This document shows, piece by piece, positions 1 through 9,794 of a stretch of DNA of 64,000 bases. Origin of the DNA: an uncultured delta proteobacterium (GTDB lineage: Bacteria > Myxococcota_A > Polyangia > Polyangiales > Houyiibacteriaceae). The DNA is taken from assembly GCA_963699755.1 (NCBI GenBank), contig CAVOVB010000002.1:384001-448000 (forward strand), read 5' to 3'. The notes under the pieces are model-generated. The model ran no database searches. It was not told the origin of the DNA and was given only the letters and a program-made list of their open reading frames with translations. The number at the start of each line of letters is the position of its first letter. Within the stretch, counting starts at the first letter, position 1. The position numbers and the translations under genes were made by a program.

Positions 1-1208
1 TCAAAGAGCGGGTCCCCGGGTTGCAAAATCTTCTCGCACTCGGTCCAACCGAGGTGGGCGATGACCTCACCGAAATCGCAAACCAGTTCGAGGCCAAGTC
101 ACTGGTCGCCCCCATGATCCGACCGAACGACCTCAATACGATCGTGTACACCGGAGGCACGACGGGAAAACCCAAGGGCGTTCGTCAGCCATATCGCGCA
201 GCGGCCTACATGACGATCGTGCAGATGGCCGAATGGGAGTGGCCCGAAGAGATGCGATTCCTGATCGCAACGCCCCTGTCGCATGCCGGCGCGGCGTTCG
301 TCGTGCCTACGCTTCAAGCGGGTGGGGCCTTCGTGGTGATGCAAGGTTTCACGCCGGATCTCTTTTTCGACACGGTCGAGAAGCACCGAATCACATCCAC
401 ATTCCTCGTGCCCGCGATGATCTACCCGCTGCTCGATCATCCGCGCGCCACGACTGCCGACTTGTCGAGCCTCGAGACTTTGTTCTATGGAGCTGCGCCG
501 ATCAGCGCCGCGCGGCTAAGAGAGGGACTCGAGAAGTGGGGGCCCATCTTCTTTCAGTGCTTTGGCCAGTCCGAGGCGCCGATGGCGATCACCCATCTAA
601 AGAAAGCGGAGCACGATCTGTCGAAGCCCGAAAGGCTATCGTCCTGCGGTCGCCCGAGCCCCTGGGTCCACGTGGCGCTGCTCGACGGGAACAACCAGCC
701 CGTAGCCGAAGGCGAGTCCGGCGAGATCTCTGTCCGCGCACCGTTGGTGATGGAAGGCTACAACGAGCTGCCAGAGCAAACGGCTGAGGCGTTTGCCGGG
801 GGCTGGTTGCATACCGGTGACGTCGGTCGTTATGACGATGAGGGCTTCCTCTACATCGTCGACCGCAAGAAGGACATGATCGTCACCGGTGGATTCAACG
901 TCTTCCCGCGCGAAATCGAAGACGTGATCGCAGCCCATCCGGCCGTCGGCCAGGTTGCGGTCATCGGCGTGCCCGACGACAAATGGGGCGAGTCCGTGAA
1001 GGCAGTGGTGGTCCTGCGGCCGGGGTACGAAGCAAGCGAGGCGCTCGCCGCGGAGCTCAAGGCGGCGGTCAAGGAGGCGAAGGGCGCGGTGCAGGCGCCA
1101 AAGTCCGTCGACTTCGTCACCGCTCTTCCGCTTTCGCCCTTGGGCAAGCCCGACAAGAAAGCGCTCCGCAAGGAGTACTGGGCCGACCGAGAACGCAGCG
1201 TCAACTAG
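1..1208 (+). CDS. Acyl-CoA synthetase / AMP-binding enzyme (probably 5'-truncated by window edge)
   Basis: AMP-binding motif YTGGTTGKPKG, FGQSE, GWLHTGD..YIVDRKKDMI, C-terminal GKPDKK. Confidence 0.9.
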   Translation, partial: KERVPGLQNLLALGPTEVGDDLTEIANQFEAKSLVAPMIRPNDLNTIVYTGGTTGKPKGVRQPYRAAAYMTIVQMAEWEWPEEMRFLIATPLSHAGAAFVVPTLQAGGAFVVMQGFTPDLFFDTVEKHRITSTFLVPAMIYPLLDHPRATTADLSSLETLFYGAAPISAARLREGLEKWGPIFFQCFGQSEAPMAITHLKKAEHDLSKPERLSSCGRPSPWVHVALLDGNNQPVAEGESGEISVRAPLVMEGYNELPEQTAEAFAGGWLHTGDVGRYDDEGFLYIVDRKKDMIVTGGFNVFPREIEDVIAAHPAVGQVAVIGVPDDKWGESVKAVVVLRPGYEASEALAAELKAAVKEAKGAVQAPKSVDFVTALPLSPLGKPDKKALRKEYWADRERSVN

Positions 1209-2212
1209 CCGGGGTCGGACTCGGCGCCCGCGGTGCTGCGCAGGAGTCCACGAAACGCTTTGCGGGCATCGCTTTGTTTCTGGACGGTCTCATAGACTTC
1301 GCGCGCGATTGGCATCTCGACGCCGTACTCGTCGGCCAAGGCGATGACTGCCGGTGCGCTCTTGACACCTTCGGCGACCATGAACATCTCATCGATGATA
1401 TCTTGGATCCTCCGCCCTTTGCCGAGCTCGAAGCCGACGGTTCGGTTGCGGCTTTGCGGACTGGTACAAGTCGCGACCAAGTCTCCCATGCCCGCAAGCC
1501 CGGCGAAAGTCTGCGGCTCGCCGCCCATGGCGACGCCGAGACGCGTGATCTCGGCCAAGCCCCGTGTGATCACGGCCGAGCGGGTGTTGACGCCGGCGCC
1601 CTGACCGTCGCCCATGCCGGCCGCGATTGCGATGATGTTCTTCAACACACCTCCGAGCTCGCAGCCAATGACATCATGATTGGTGTAGACGCGGAACAGG
1701 CCGCTGTGAAAGACCTTCTGGAGCTCTTTCACGATGATTTCGTCTTCCATGGCGATGACACTTGCCGCGGCGTAGCCGGCCATGATCTCGCGGGCGAGGT
1801 TGGGACCGGTGAGCACACCGGACGGATGCCCCGGCAAGACTTCGTTGATGATTTCCGTCATCCGCATCCTGGTCGAAAGCTCGAGGCCTTTGGTGAGGCT
1901 GACGACCGGGACCCAGGGCCGGATGTGCGCTTTCACCTGCTCGAGCACCCCGCGGAAATTTTGCGACGGAATCCCCATCACGATGAGATCGGCAGGCTCG
2001 ACTGCTTCCTGAATCTCCGAGCTCGCCACCAAGCGTTCAGGAAGGGTCGCGCCCGGCAGGTACTTGCTATTGGAATGCTGGGTATTGATTTCGTCGACGG
2101 TCCCCTGGTTGCGAGCCCAAAGGGTGACCGGTGCATTTCTCGCCACGAGCGCGGCAACGGTGGTTCCCCAGGAGCCGCCTCCAAGAAGCCCAACTTTCAA
2201 ATCCATGGGCAC
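1205..2212 (-). CDS. gpsA: NAD(P)H-dependent glycerol-3-phosphate dehydrogenase
   Basis: GGGSWGT Rossmann motif, LTKG, TGPNLA, GCELGGVLKN (catalytic Lys), GDLVATCTSPQSRN; start may be the ATG at 2206. Confidence 0.93.
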   Translation of the reverse strand: MPMDLKVGLLGGGSWGTTVAALVARNAPVTLWARNQGTVDEINTQHSNSKYLPGATLPERLVASSEIQEAVEPADLIVMGIPSQNFRGVLEQVKAHIRPWVPVVSLTKGLELSTRMRMTEIINEVLPGHPSGVLTGPNLAREIMAGYAAASVIAMEDEIIVKELQKVFHSGLFRVYTNHDVIGCELGGVLKNIIAIAAGMGDGQGAGVNTRSAVITRGLAEITRLGVAMGGEPQTFAGLAGMGDLVATCTSPQSRNRTVGFELGKGRRIQDIIDEMFMVAEGVKSAPAVIALADEYGVEMPIAREVYETVQKQSDARKAFRGLLRSTAGAESDPG

Positions 2213-2383
2213 TTATATCGCGCAATGCGGCATTTGCGCCAGGGTCTCCATGAAAATCGCCGACTCCCCTAATCCAATCGCAACTCCTCCGCGTAGGGCT
2301 GGTTGAAAGGCGGATTTGCTCCGCTGGAGCTCGCGGCACTCGCGAGCAAACACGACCAACGAACCAAACGAGGAGAAGACCCA

Positions 2384-2962
2384 ATGACTAGGAATAGACT
2401 GAACATCCTTTGCGCGACTTTGCTCTCCATGTTCGCCATGGCCTGCGGCGAGGCCGGCGTGGCCACGGTGGAAAAAGACCCAGGCTTTGGCGGCGAGGGA
2501 GGCGCCGGTGGAGCCGGTGGAGCCGGTGGCCAGCCCATTGACCCCAGCGACCTCATCGCCCCGTTCGACAACGACAGCGCGGACAACCCGGCGATGGACG
2601 AGTTCCTGAGCATCACCAACGACCGTGAGCTCGTGTACAGCGACCTAATCTCGGCCGAAGACGGCGACCGCGAAGACTTCGTCCAGTTCGAGCTTCCGAA
2701 CAACAGCAACCCGAACCAGCGCATCGACGTCGGAATCGACTGCCACATCGAGGGCGACGCCGACGCCTTCGCACGCGTCGAAATTCTCGATGTCGGCAAC
2801 GGCGAATCGAAGGCTGTCACCGGCGGCCCGATCGACTGCAACGGCGGCTTCATTCCGGTCACCGTTCGGAACGACCGGGTGCAAGCCGTGCGCATCTACG
2901 TGCAGGGTGTGCCTAAGACGCAGACCCTGATCGAGTACACGCTCACCGTGGCGCCCTTCTGA
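2384..2962 (+). CDS. Hypothetical lipoprotein with Gly-rich linker
   Basis: AGGAGA at 2371-2376 before ATG 2384; signal peptide ending AMAC; GGAGGAGGAGG linker; followed by a terminator. Confidence 0.75.
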   Translation: MTRNRLNILCATLLSMFAMACGEAGVATVEKDPGFGGEGGAGGAGGAGGQPIDPSDLIAPFDNDSADNPAMDEFLSITNDRELVYSDLISAEDGDREDFVQFELPNNSNPNQRIDVGIDCHIEGDADAFARVEILDVGNGESKAVTGGPIDCNGGFIPVTVRNDRVQAVRIYVQGVPKTQTLIEYTLTVAPF

Positions 2963-2999
2963 GCGCATCCAGCTTAGCAAATCAATCCCTATGTTAATG

Positions 3000-3030
3000 C
3001 CGGCCCTCTTCAGAGGGCCGGTTTTTTTTT
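3000..3030 (+). terminator. Rho-independent terminator
   Basis: CCGGCCCTC-TTCA-GAGGGCCGG 9-bp GC stem followed by T9. Confidence 0.9.
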
Positions 3031-3067
3031 GTCGTATTCTGCTATGAGAGATCCCAAAGGACTCCAG

Positions 3068-5056
3068 ATGACCGACCGACGCCAAGCCCAATCAGCCCGA
3101 CTCCTCGCTCTGGCTTCTACCTTCGCGCTGCTAGCTTCGGCAGGCTGCTCGAAAGAAAGCTCATCCGTCGAGCCGCCGGAGGCTCCCGCGGAAGTGACCC
3201 AATGGGCGCCGGTCGGTCCCAGGACGGTAGGCAGCTACGCCTATGACGTCATCCCAGAGCCCAACGCGTTCCATACGATGCACACGGGGCCGAACAACAG
3301 CGACAACGTCTGGCTTGCCGTCGCGCCGAGGCTCGAGCTCGATTGGGTCGCGGAAACCAGCTTCTATGCGCCCGAGCGGTCGACCTACGATTTCTATGTG
3401 CCCGAAGGGCCGACCTACGATAACGAGGGCAATCTCTACTTCAGTCCCCTGTTCCCGCAAGAAAACGTGTCGCTAGTTTCGCTGGATGCCGAGACCGGCC
3501 AACGCAACTGGGAAATAGAGGGCAACGAAAGCAACAACAACGCGGGGAGCGGCGCGATTTTGATCTTGAACGACCCCGACAACGCAGGGAAACAGATCAT
3601 TTATCACATGACCTATACCGAGGCGATGGCACTGAAGCCTGACGGCACCGAGATATGGCGGACGGCGACGGGCTTGACCTTGCCCGATGTCGTACCCGGT
3701 GTCCGCTCGACGACGCACTCCTTCGGTTTCAACTACCATCCGCAAACCGACTCGCTGGTCGGCCTCACAATAAACGGAGAGCTGCTTCAGTTCGATCGGA
3801 AGACCGGTAAGAAGAGCGCACCGATGGCGCAGGTTCCCGGCTCGCCGGCCGTAAGCGAGCTCCCCCCGCTTCCTCAGCTCATCATAGATGCCAGCAATGC
3901 CCTGACCGACGAGGTCTTTGGCAAGACCCCAAGCGGCCTGAGCTTTTTCTCGACGATCATCGACGTCATCTTCGGCGGTGGATCGGTCGTCACCAATTTC
4001 TTTGCGATCGATCCCAACACGGGCCTGATCGTCGTTGCCGCAACCGCCGACGACGAAGCGGACGGCACCATGGACGGACTTTCGGAATTCGGCGCGATCT
4101 ACTCCTATGAGCTGGTCGATGACGGGGCGGGCGGCCTCGAATTCAATCGCCTCAATTCGATTGAGTTCATCGGCGGCACCGGCTCGACACCTTCGATCAG
4201 CGAAGATGGCAGCAGAGTCTATGTTTCCGACAATGTCGGGAATCTCATCGCGCTCGACCACGAGCTCGAGGAGATCTGGCGCTACGACGTCGGCGAGCCA
4301 CTGGCCGCATCCGTTGCGGTTTCGCCCGACAACGCCGAGCTCTATGCGGTGACTCGCAATGATGTGTTCAAACTGACCGATCTCGGTGATAGCGGCCGAT
4401 TGGACTGGACTGCCACGCTCGACGCCTTTAAGGACGATCCCGACATCGCAATCGAGTTCAACGCCCTCACGCCAACAATCGCGGCCAACGGCGTTGCGAT
4501 CAGCGTGGGTGGTGCCGTGCCGGCGCCGATCAGTGGCCAATCCCTCATGGTGAAGGTCGGCGTGGGCTTGCTCGATCGAGAGACCGGAAAGCTTCGCTCG
4601 TTCACCGAAGGCCGCGAAGAATCAATCGCCGTGACGAGTGTTGGGCCTCAGGGCGGCATCTACACCGCAAGCTCACCGGTTCGCCGCGTTTCCGGCAAGG
4701 CGTTCAATCCGGAGAACCCCGACGTGGCCACCATCATCGGCGGCATCTCGCGCTACAAGCCCGTTCGAAACGACCTACTCGTCCAAGACGCGACCTGCGC
4801 CGCGGGCGTCCGCGCGCGGAACGCGGCCACGATTGCGGCCAGTGCACCCGATTCCGCGGCGGAGGACATTCGCCAGATCCAAGTATTAATCGATCAAAGT
4901 CGCGCAGCCATCGGCCGCGCCGTGATCGAGGGTGACCTCGATGCGACGTCTGCTGCGCCGCTCAACGCCGGGCTCGATAGAGCAGAAGCGAACCTCACGA
5001 TTGACGGGCTAGAGAATCTGGCCTTCGAGCTACTGACCCTGTGCAACGCCCTCTGA
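3068..5056 (+). CDS. Lipoprotein, PQQ-like/BamB-like beta-propeller
   Basis: AAAGGA RBS; lipobox ASAGC; propeller-type motifs (SLDAETGQRNW, ALKPDGTEIW, ALDHELEEIW). Confidence 0.7.
   Translation: MTDRRQAQSARLLALASTFALLASAGCSKESSSVEPPEAPAEVTQWAPVGPRTVGSYAYDVIPEPNAFHTMHTGPNNSDNVWLAVAPRLELDWVAETSFYAPERSTYDFYVPEGPTYDNEGNLYFSPLFPQENVSLVSLDAETGQRNWEIEGNESNNNAGSGAILILNDPDNAGKQIIYHMTYTEAMALKPDGTEIWRTATGLTLPDVVPGVRSTTHSFGFNYHPQTDSLVGLTINGELLQFDRKTGKKSAPMAQVPGSPAVSELPPLPQLIIDASNALTDEVFGKTPSGLSFFSTIIDVIFGGGSVVTNFFAIDPNTGLIVVAATADDEADGTMDGLSEFGAIYSYELVDDGAGGLEFNRLNSIEFIGGTGSTPSISEDGSRVYVSDNVGNLIALDHELEEIWRYDVGEPLAASVAVSPDNAELYAVTRNDVFKLTDLGDSGRLDWTATLDAFKDDPDIAIEFNALTPTIAANGVAISVGGAVPAPISGQSLMVKVGVGLLDRETGKLRSFTEGREESIAVTSVGPQGGIYTASSPVRRVSGKAFNPENPDVATIIGGISRYKPVRNDLLVQDATCAAGVRARNAATIAASAPDSAAEDIRQIQVLIDQSRAAIGRAVIEGDLDATSAAPLNAGLDRAEANLTIDGLENLAFELLTLCNAL
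3362..3421 (+). repeat. In-frame 30-bp tandem duplication (2 copies)
   Basis: ttctatgcgcccgagcggtcgacctacgat / ttctatgtgcccgaagggccgacctacgat, 26/30 identical. Confidence 0.85.
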
Positions 5057-5064
5057 ATGAAAGC

Positions 5065-5739
5065 TCATCCCTTCAACCAGGTGTAGGCGTCCCTGACCGC
5101 ATCGCGCCCACCGCTCTCGATGATCTCGCCATGCGCAAGGACGACCCGGTCGAAATCCCAGCCCAGCATCTCATCGATCGAGCGACGTGCGCGTTTCTTG
5201 TCTCGGAAGATGAGACGCAATCCGCGACTGAGGCCAGGCCTGCCGTGGATGCCCGCGAGCTTCAGATACGTCCGTGTAGGCCAGTGAGGTGATGTTTGAA
5301 AATTCTCGATGAGGTCCGCTACGATCAGTGAACGCGAAGGACGATGGAAGAACACCGTTTCGTTGAGCAAGGTGCCGTCGAGGAAGGTAGTCTCGAGGTC
5401 GCTGTCCCAGTCTGCTTGCGCGTCACCTCTGAGCTCTCGATCGATCGCGAGGTCTTTGCGTCGCATCGCGAGGCCCACCGCGGCATGGAGCAAAGCGTCT
5501 GGATAGGCGTCTTGCCACTCACCCGCATACAAGTGATGGGCCTGACTGGGGGCGACGATGTGGCGCACCGGACCCAATAGAGCGACCTCGGCCTTCAAGC
5601 TGGGCGTCAGCGCGATCGGCGAGTGAACCAGCAAGCTGCCATCCCGAAGACGCACGACCGTCATCCGAGTACCGAGGTGCAGGCCTAGAAACGACTGCGG
5701 CGAAGCCACTGCCCAAAGATCGTTTGCGAGCTTGTCCAT
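5065..5739 (-). CDS. DUF4336-family protein (metallo-beta-lactamase-like fold)
   Basis: GTRMTVVRL..G.LLVHSP, IVAPS..HHL, ETVFFHRPSRSLIVAD, VVLAHG. Confidence 0.75.
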   Translation of the reverse strand: MDKLANDLWAVASPQSFLGLHLGTRMTVVRLRDGSLLVHSPIALTPSLKAEVALLGPVRHIVAPSQAHHLYAGEWQDAYPDALLHAAVGLAMRRKDLAIDRELRGDAQADWDSDLETTFLDGTLLNETVFFHRPSRSLIVADLIENFQTSPHWPTRTYLKLAGIHGRPGLSRGLRLIFRDKKRARRSIDEMLGWDFDRVVLAHGEIIESGGRDAVRDAYTWLKG

Positions 5740-5757
5740 CTTGGCAGCCTGCTCTGC

Positions 5758-8358
5758 TCACTCCGGCTGGGCGACGATCGCGTACTTGAGGTTGGAATTG
5801 GTCGCGTCGTAGTAGCTGATATGCGCGTGGCCAAGCTCGTCCACGGCGACTGAGCTGTACTCCCCGACGTCGCCGGCACTGTCGACGAGCTCGATAGACC
5901 AAGACCCATCGGACTGCTGGACGGCACACTTCAAATCTCGAGCGCTCTCGTCGTAGTAGCTGATGCGCGCCAGACCGGCCCCATCGAAGGCTAACGACGA
6001 GTACTTGCCGACATTCGACTGGTTCTCGACGACCTGCGCGATCCAAAGCCCTTTGTCGTCCGTAGTAGCGTAGAGCAGGTCCTTGTCGTCCTCGCCGTAG
6101 TAGCTGATGTGCGTTGCCCCAGACGGATCGACAGCCAAGGACGAGTACTTTCCGACATTCCCGTCGCTGGCGACGGTTTGAGTCCTCCAGGAGCCGACCA
6201 GATCTCGGCTCGCGTGCTTGAGATCTTTCCTGTCCGCGTCGTAGTAACTGATGTGGACTACTCCGGATGGATCGATAGCCAACGACGTGAACTCACCGAC
6301 CTCACCTTGACCGTCCACGATTTCGATCGTCCAAGCCGCCGAGCCCTGCCGGGTCGCATACTTCAGATCCTTGCCTTTCGCGTCGTAGTAGCTGATGTGT
6401 GGGGCGCCCGAGGCATCGAAGGCGAGCGACGCGTACTCGCCGACCTCGCCCACGCCGTCCACGACTTCGATCGCCCAGACGCCGCCGGCCTGCTTGCTCG
6501 CAAACATCAGGTCTTTCTTGCTCGCGTTGTAGTACGCGACATGGGGCGTGCCTTCGCTGTCGAAGGCGAACGACGCGTGACGACCGACCTCGTCCTTGCC
6601 ATCGGGTCGCTCCGAGAGCCAGGTGTCGTCCGCCTGCGAGGCTGCGTAGGCGAGATCTCGGCCGCTTTCCGCGTAGGAAACGATGTGCGGGCTCCCGTTG
6701 TCGTCGAGCGCAAGTGAGCTGTACTCCCCGATGTCTCCCTCTTCATCGACAATCTGCAGGTGGATCTGGGCGCAGACCCCGCGATAGAACGCTTGGCCCG
6801 GCGGGCACGTCGGACAGCACATCTGATAACAGCGCTCGTAGGTTTCCTCACAGACGAAACGACAGACTCCTAGCGCGCAGATGGGGTTGGCGTTGGCGGG
6901 CGCGAGGCAGGGCGTACACGATTCACCGCAGGAGTCGACGTCCAAGTCAGAGAGGCAAACGGCGCCGCAGCGGTGAAACCTTGGAGCGCAAACGCATTCA
7001 TGCGCTTCGGTGTCACAGACCTCATTTTCACCCACACACTGCGCGTCGTTTCCACAGCCGCGCACGCAGTTGCCCGTGGCCTCGTCGCAATAGGTAAAGC
7101 CGCTGCAGCCAGCCCCGTTCGCTCGACAGTCACCGGGATTCGCGCAGATCCCAAGCAGACAAGACTGCCCGGTCGAACAAGATCTGGTGCAATCCCCGCA
7201 GTAGCTCGGGTCGATTTGAGTGTTGACACAAAGGCCCTCGCAACGCTCGAAATCGAGCGCACAGACGCAGTCGTGAAGGGCGATGTCGCAGATTTCGTGC
7301 TCGCCGTTGCATTGCGAAGCCACCACGCATCCGGGCAAACACCCGCCGCTGCTTTCGTCACAATAGGTGAAACCACTGCATCCCACTCCGTTGGTGCGGC
7401 AGTCGTCCGGGTCGACGCAGCGCCCATCGTCGCAGACCTGACCGGTCAGGCAGGTCGTCTGGCAATTACCGCAGTAGAGCGGATCGGCTTGCGGGTTCAC
7501 ACAGTCCTCGCCGCAGAGCACGAGCGGGGCTTCGCAGTTGATGACCCCTCCGTCGGGCTCCGTCCCGCCATCTGGCTCCGTCCCGCCGTCCGGTTCCGTC
7601 CCACCGTCCGGCTCCGTCCCGCTGTCGGGTAAACCAGCATCCTGAATGGGAATCCCGGCATCTGCTGGCAGCACGCCCGGGTTGGCGATGCGCTCCAGAT
7701 CCTCGGGGCGCACGGCCTCATCGACACAGGAGGGCTCTGCACAAGACTGCGCGCCCGGACAGCCACAAGACTGCCCGGACGCGCAGGTCATGTCGGCGCA
7801 CGCCCGATACAAGAACATCCGAACGAGTCGGGTTTCCCCCGCAACAAAGCCCGTCTTGACGCGCCGCGAAACCAGAGCTTGCCCGCTGCCAGCGGCAAGA
7901 GCTTGGAGCTCAATCGCAATCGGATGGTCCAGATCCGAGTCCTCAGGCACGATCCCGAAGCTGGCAGGTAGATCGAACACGCCTGCCTCGCCCGGTGCGT
8001 CGTCGGACACCGAGAACTCGTGTGCCCAGGTTTCGACCTCTTCGATTCCGCTATCTGTCTCCACCAACTTGGAAACGCGCGCTCGGATTCGGTCCACTTC
8101 GCCCGGCGTCCCATAGTCGGTATCCATGAGCACGACGACCTGCGTGGACGCTGACTCTGCGCAGCCCGCGACGAGCACCAGAAAACAAAGCACGCTTGGG
8201 AGGTGGCAAACGGCCGCGATGGGCCTCTTCGATCGGAAATCCAAGGGCAGGAAGGATACCCGGGCACCGGTCCGCCGCAAATCGGCGGGGATCGCGGGCC
8301 TTCCACCCCAAGTGGGGCTTTCTCTTGTCCCTAGCCCCGAGATCACACAAGTTTCCAT
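5758..8358 (-). CDS. Large putative lipoprotein: Cys-rich repeats plus C-terminal 7-repeat beta-propeller
   Basis: Lipobox LVAGC (Cys codon 8161-8163; true start may be TTG 8244); TEPDGG repeats; 91-aa Cys modules; seven VG.Y.SLA.D..G..HISYY...DLKYA repeats. Confidence 0.75.
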   Translation of the reverse strand: METCVISGLGTRESPTWGGRPAIPADLRRTGARVSFLPLDFRSKRPIAAVCHLPSVLCFLVLVAGCAESASTQVVVLMDTDYGTPGEVDRIRARVSKLVETDSGIEEVETWAHEFSVSDDAPGEAGVFDLPASFGIVPEDSDLDHPIAIELQALAAGSGQALVSRRVKTGFVAGETRLVRMFLYRACADMTCASGQSCGCPGAQSCAEPSCVDEAVRPEDLERIANPGVLPADAGIPIQDAGLPDSGTEPDGGTEPDGGTEPDGGTEPDGGVINCEAPLVLCGEDCVNPQADPLYCGNCQTTCLTGQVCDDGRCVDPDDCRTNGVGCSGFTYCDESSGGCLPGCVVASQCNGEHEICDIALHDCVCALDFERCEGLCVNTQIDPSYCGDCTRSCSTGQSCLLGICANPGDCRANGAGCSGFTYCDEATGNCVRGCGNDAQCVGENEVCDTEAHECVCAPRFHRCGAVCLSDLDVDSCGESCTPCLAPANANPICALGVCRFVCEETYERCYQMCCPTCPPGQAFYRGVCAQIHLQIVDEEGDIGEYSSLALDDNGSPHIVSYAESGRDLAYAASQADDTWLSERPDGKDEVGRHASFAFDSEGTPHVAYYNASKKDLMFASKQAGGVWAIEVVDGVGEVGEYASLAFDASGAPHISYYDAKGKDLKYATRQGSAAWTIEIVDGQGEVGEFTSLAIDPSGVVHISYYDADRKDLKHASRDLVGSWRTQTVASDGNVGKYSSLAVDPSGATHISYYGEDDKDLLYATTDDKGLWIAQVVENQSNVGKYSSLAFDGAGLARISYYDESARDLKCAVQQSDGSWSIELVDSAGDVGEYSSVAVDELGHAHISYYDATNSNLKYAIVAQPE
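7546..7629 (-). repeat. 18-bp coding tandem repeat encoding (TEPDGG)x4
   Basis: Translation PDSGTEPDGGTEPDGGTEPDGGTEPDGG. Confidence 0.85.
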
Positions 8359-8384
8359 GGTGCACGCTTTCGCCCAACGTCTTC

Positions 8385-9794
8385 ATGACTAGCTTGGACC
8401 CTCTCATCCCGAAGGACACCGTGATCGGCGGCAAATACCGCCTCGGTCCTGCTATCGGCTCGGGCGGCGTCGCCACGGTCTATCGCGCGACTCACCTGTG
8501 GACGGAGCGCCAAGTCGCGGTCAAGGTCCTCGACCCAACGCTGCCGCATTTCGAACGACTGCGTGAAGGATTCCTGAGAGAGGCACGCGCCACGGTACAG
8601 CTCGACCATCCAAACGTCGTCGACGTTCTCGATATGGGCGAGGACGGTTGGGACACGGCGTATTTGGTGATGGAGCTCCTCCAGGGACCCACGCTCCGCG
8701 ATGTGCTCCTCGAGAACGGCCGCCTCTCGGAGGAACAGACGCTCGCGATCCTGCTCCCTCTCGCCGATGCACTCGAGAGAGCCCACGAGCTCGGGATCAT
8801 CCATCGCGATTTCAAGCCCGATAACATCATGTTGGTACTCGACGCGTACGGTGTGGCGACACCCAAATTGCTCGACTTCGGTGTAGCCGAAATTCTGCAA
8901 GACACACGAGCGCGAAGCATCTCGGCTAGCGATGACGTGATCATGGGCACGCCCCAGTACATGTCTCCGGAACAGGCCCGCGATGAACGCTCGCTCATAG
9001 GCGCACATACCGATGTCTGGGGTATGGGCGTGGTTTGGTACGAGTGCATGACCGGGCGCGCGCCCTTTGTCGGTGACAGCGCCATCGAAGTGCTCACTTC
9101 GGTCTGTGAGGATCCGATCGATTTCAGTGATGTTCCCGCGGCGTACGTTCCGCTTCTCCGAGACGCTTTGGGTCGAACGCCCGATCTTCGAATCGGAACG
9201 CTTTCGGAGCTCAAGGCGCGCGTGGAGCAGATGGGGATCACGAGATCCTCGCTCCCGCCTGCTCCCGCGTCGTTGCATTTGTCGCCAGTGCCATCGGAAG
9301 TGACCGAGGTACAGCAAACCCTATCCAGATTGGGTTCAACACTGCGGACCTCGACGGGGCGCGCGACGATTCAAGCCGATCGGGACCTTCTCGCGTTGCC
9401 GGTCCGCTCGAACCGTGGAGCATGGCTAGCGGGTCTTGCGTTGACGGTTGCGGTGGCCCTGGCAGCCTGGTGGACCGTCCGGGGTCCGACTGGAGCGTCG
9501 ACCCGTCCCGTACTGCCGGAGTTCGCCGAGCCCAGCCCGTGGCCCGGAGACCCCGTCGAAGAGGTCGTCGCCGAGCCCGAAGTAGATATCCCTGTCGAGC
9601 CCGCCGTGGAGGTCGCGACCGAGGTCGCCGTCGAGCCCGCCCAAGAAATAACTGCCAACGCGGCGCGGCAGACCCCGAAGCCGCCGCCTCGCAGACCGCG
9701 GCGAGGCAAACGCAGGCCCGCGCCCAGCCCGGAGCCCCCAGTTTCAAATGACTCCGCGTACCAGAGACCCCCAGACTTGGTGACCGAATGGTGA
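8385..9794 (+). CDS. Hanks-type Ser/Thr protein kinase with TM helix and Pro-rich tail
   Basis: GSGGVATVY, VAVK, HRDFKPDN, DFG, GTPQYMSPE; TM WLAGLALTVAVALAAWW. Confidence 0.92.
   Translation: MTSLDPLIPKDTVIGGKYRLGPAIGSGGVATVYRATHLWTERQVAVKVLDPTLPHFERLREGFLREARATVQLDHPNVVDVLDMGEDGWDTAYLVMELLQGPTLRDVLLENGRLSEEQTLAILLPLADALERAHELGIIHRDFKPDNIMLVLDAYGVATPKLLDFGVAEILQDTRARSISASDDVIMGTPQYMSPEQARDERSLIGAHTDVWGMGVVWYECMTGRAPFVGDSAIEVLTSVCEDPIDFSDVPAAYVPLLRDALGRTPDLRIGTLSELKARVEQMGITRSSLPPAPASLHLSPVPSEVTEVQQTLSRLGSTLRTSTGRATIQADRDLLALPVRSNRGAWLAGLALTVAVALAAWWTVRGPTGASTRPVLPEFAEPSPWPGDPVEEVVAEPEVDIPVEPAVEVATEVAVEPAQEITANAARQTPKPPPRRPRRGKRRPAPSPEPPVSNDSAYQRPPDLVTEW

Noticed and set aside
983..2272. Long antisense ORFs (also 45536..47068, 52414..53928, 44491..45678)
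   Set aside because: Shadow ORFs opposite well-supported genes, expected at high GC, with no recognisable motifs
7546..7629. CRISPR-like or regulatory repeat array
   Set aside because: Contiguous 18-bp units without spacers, varying at synonymous positions: a coding linker repeat
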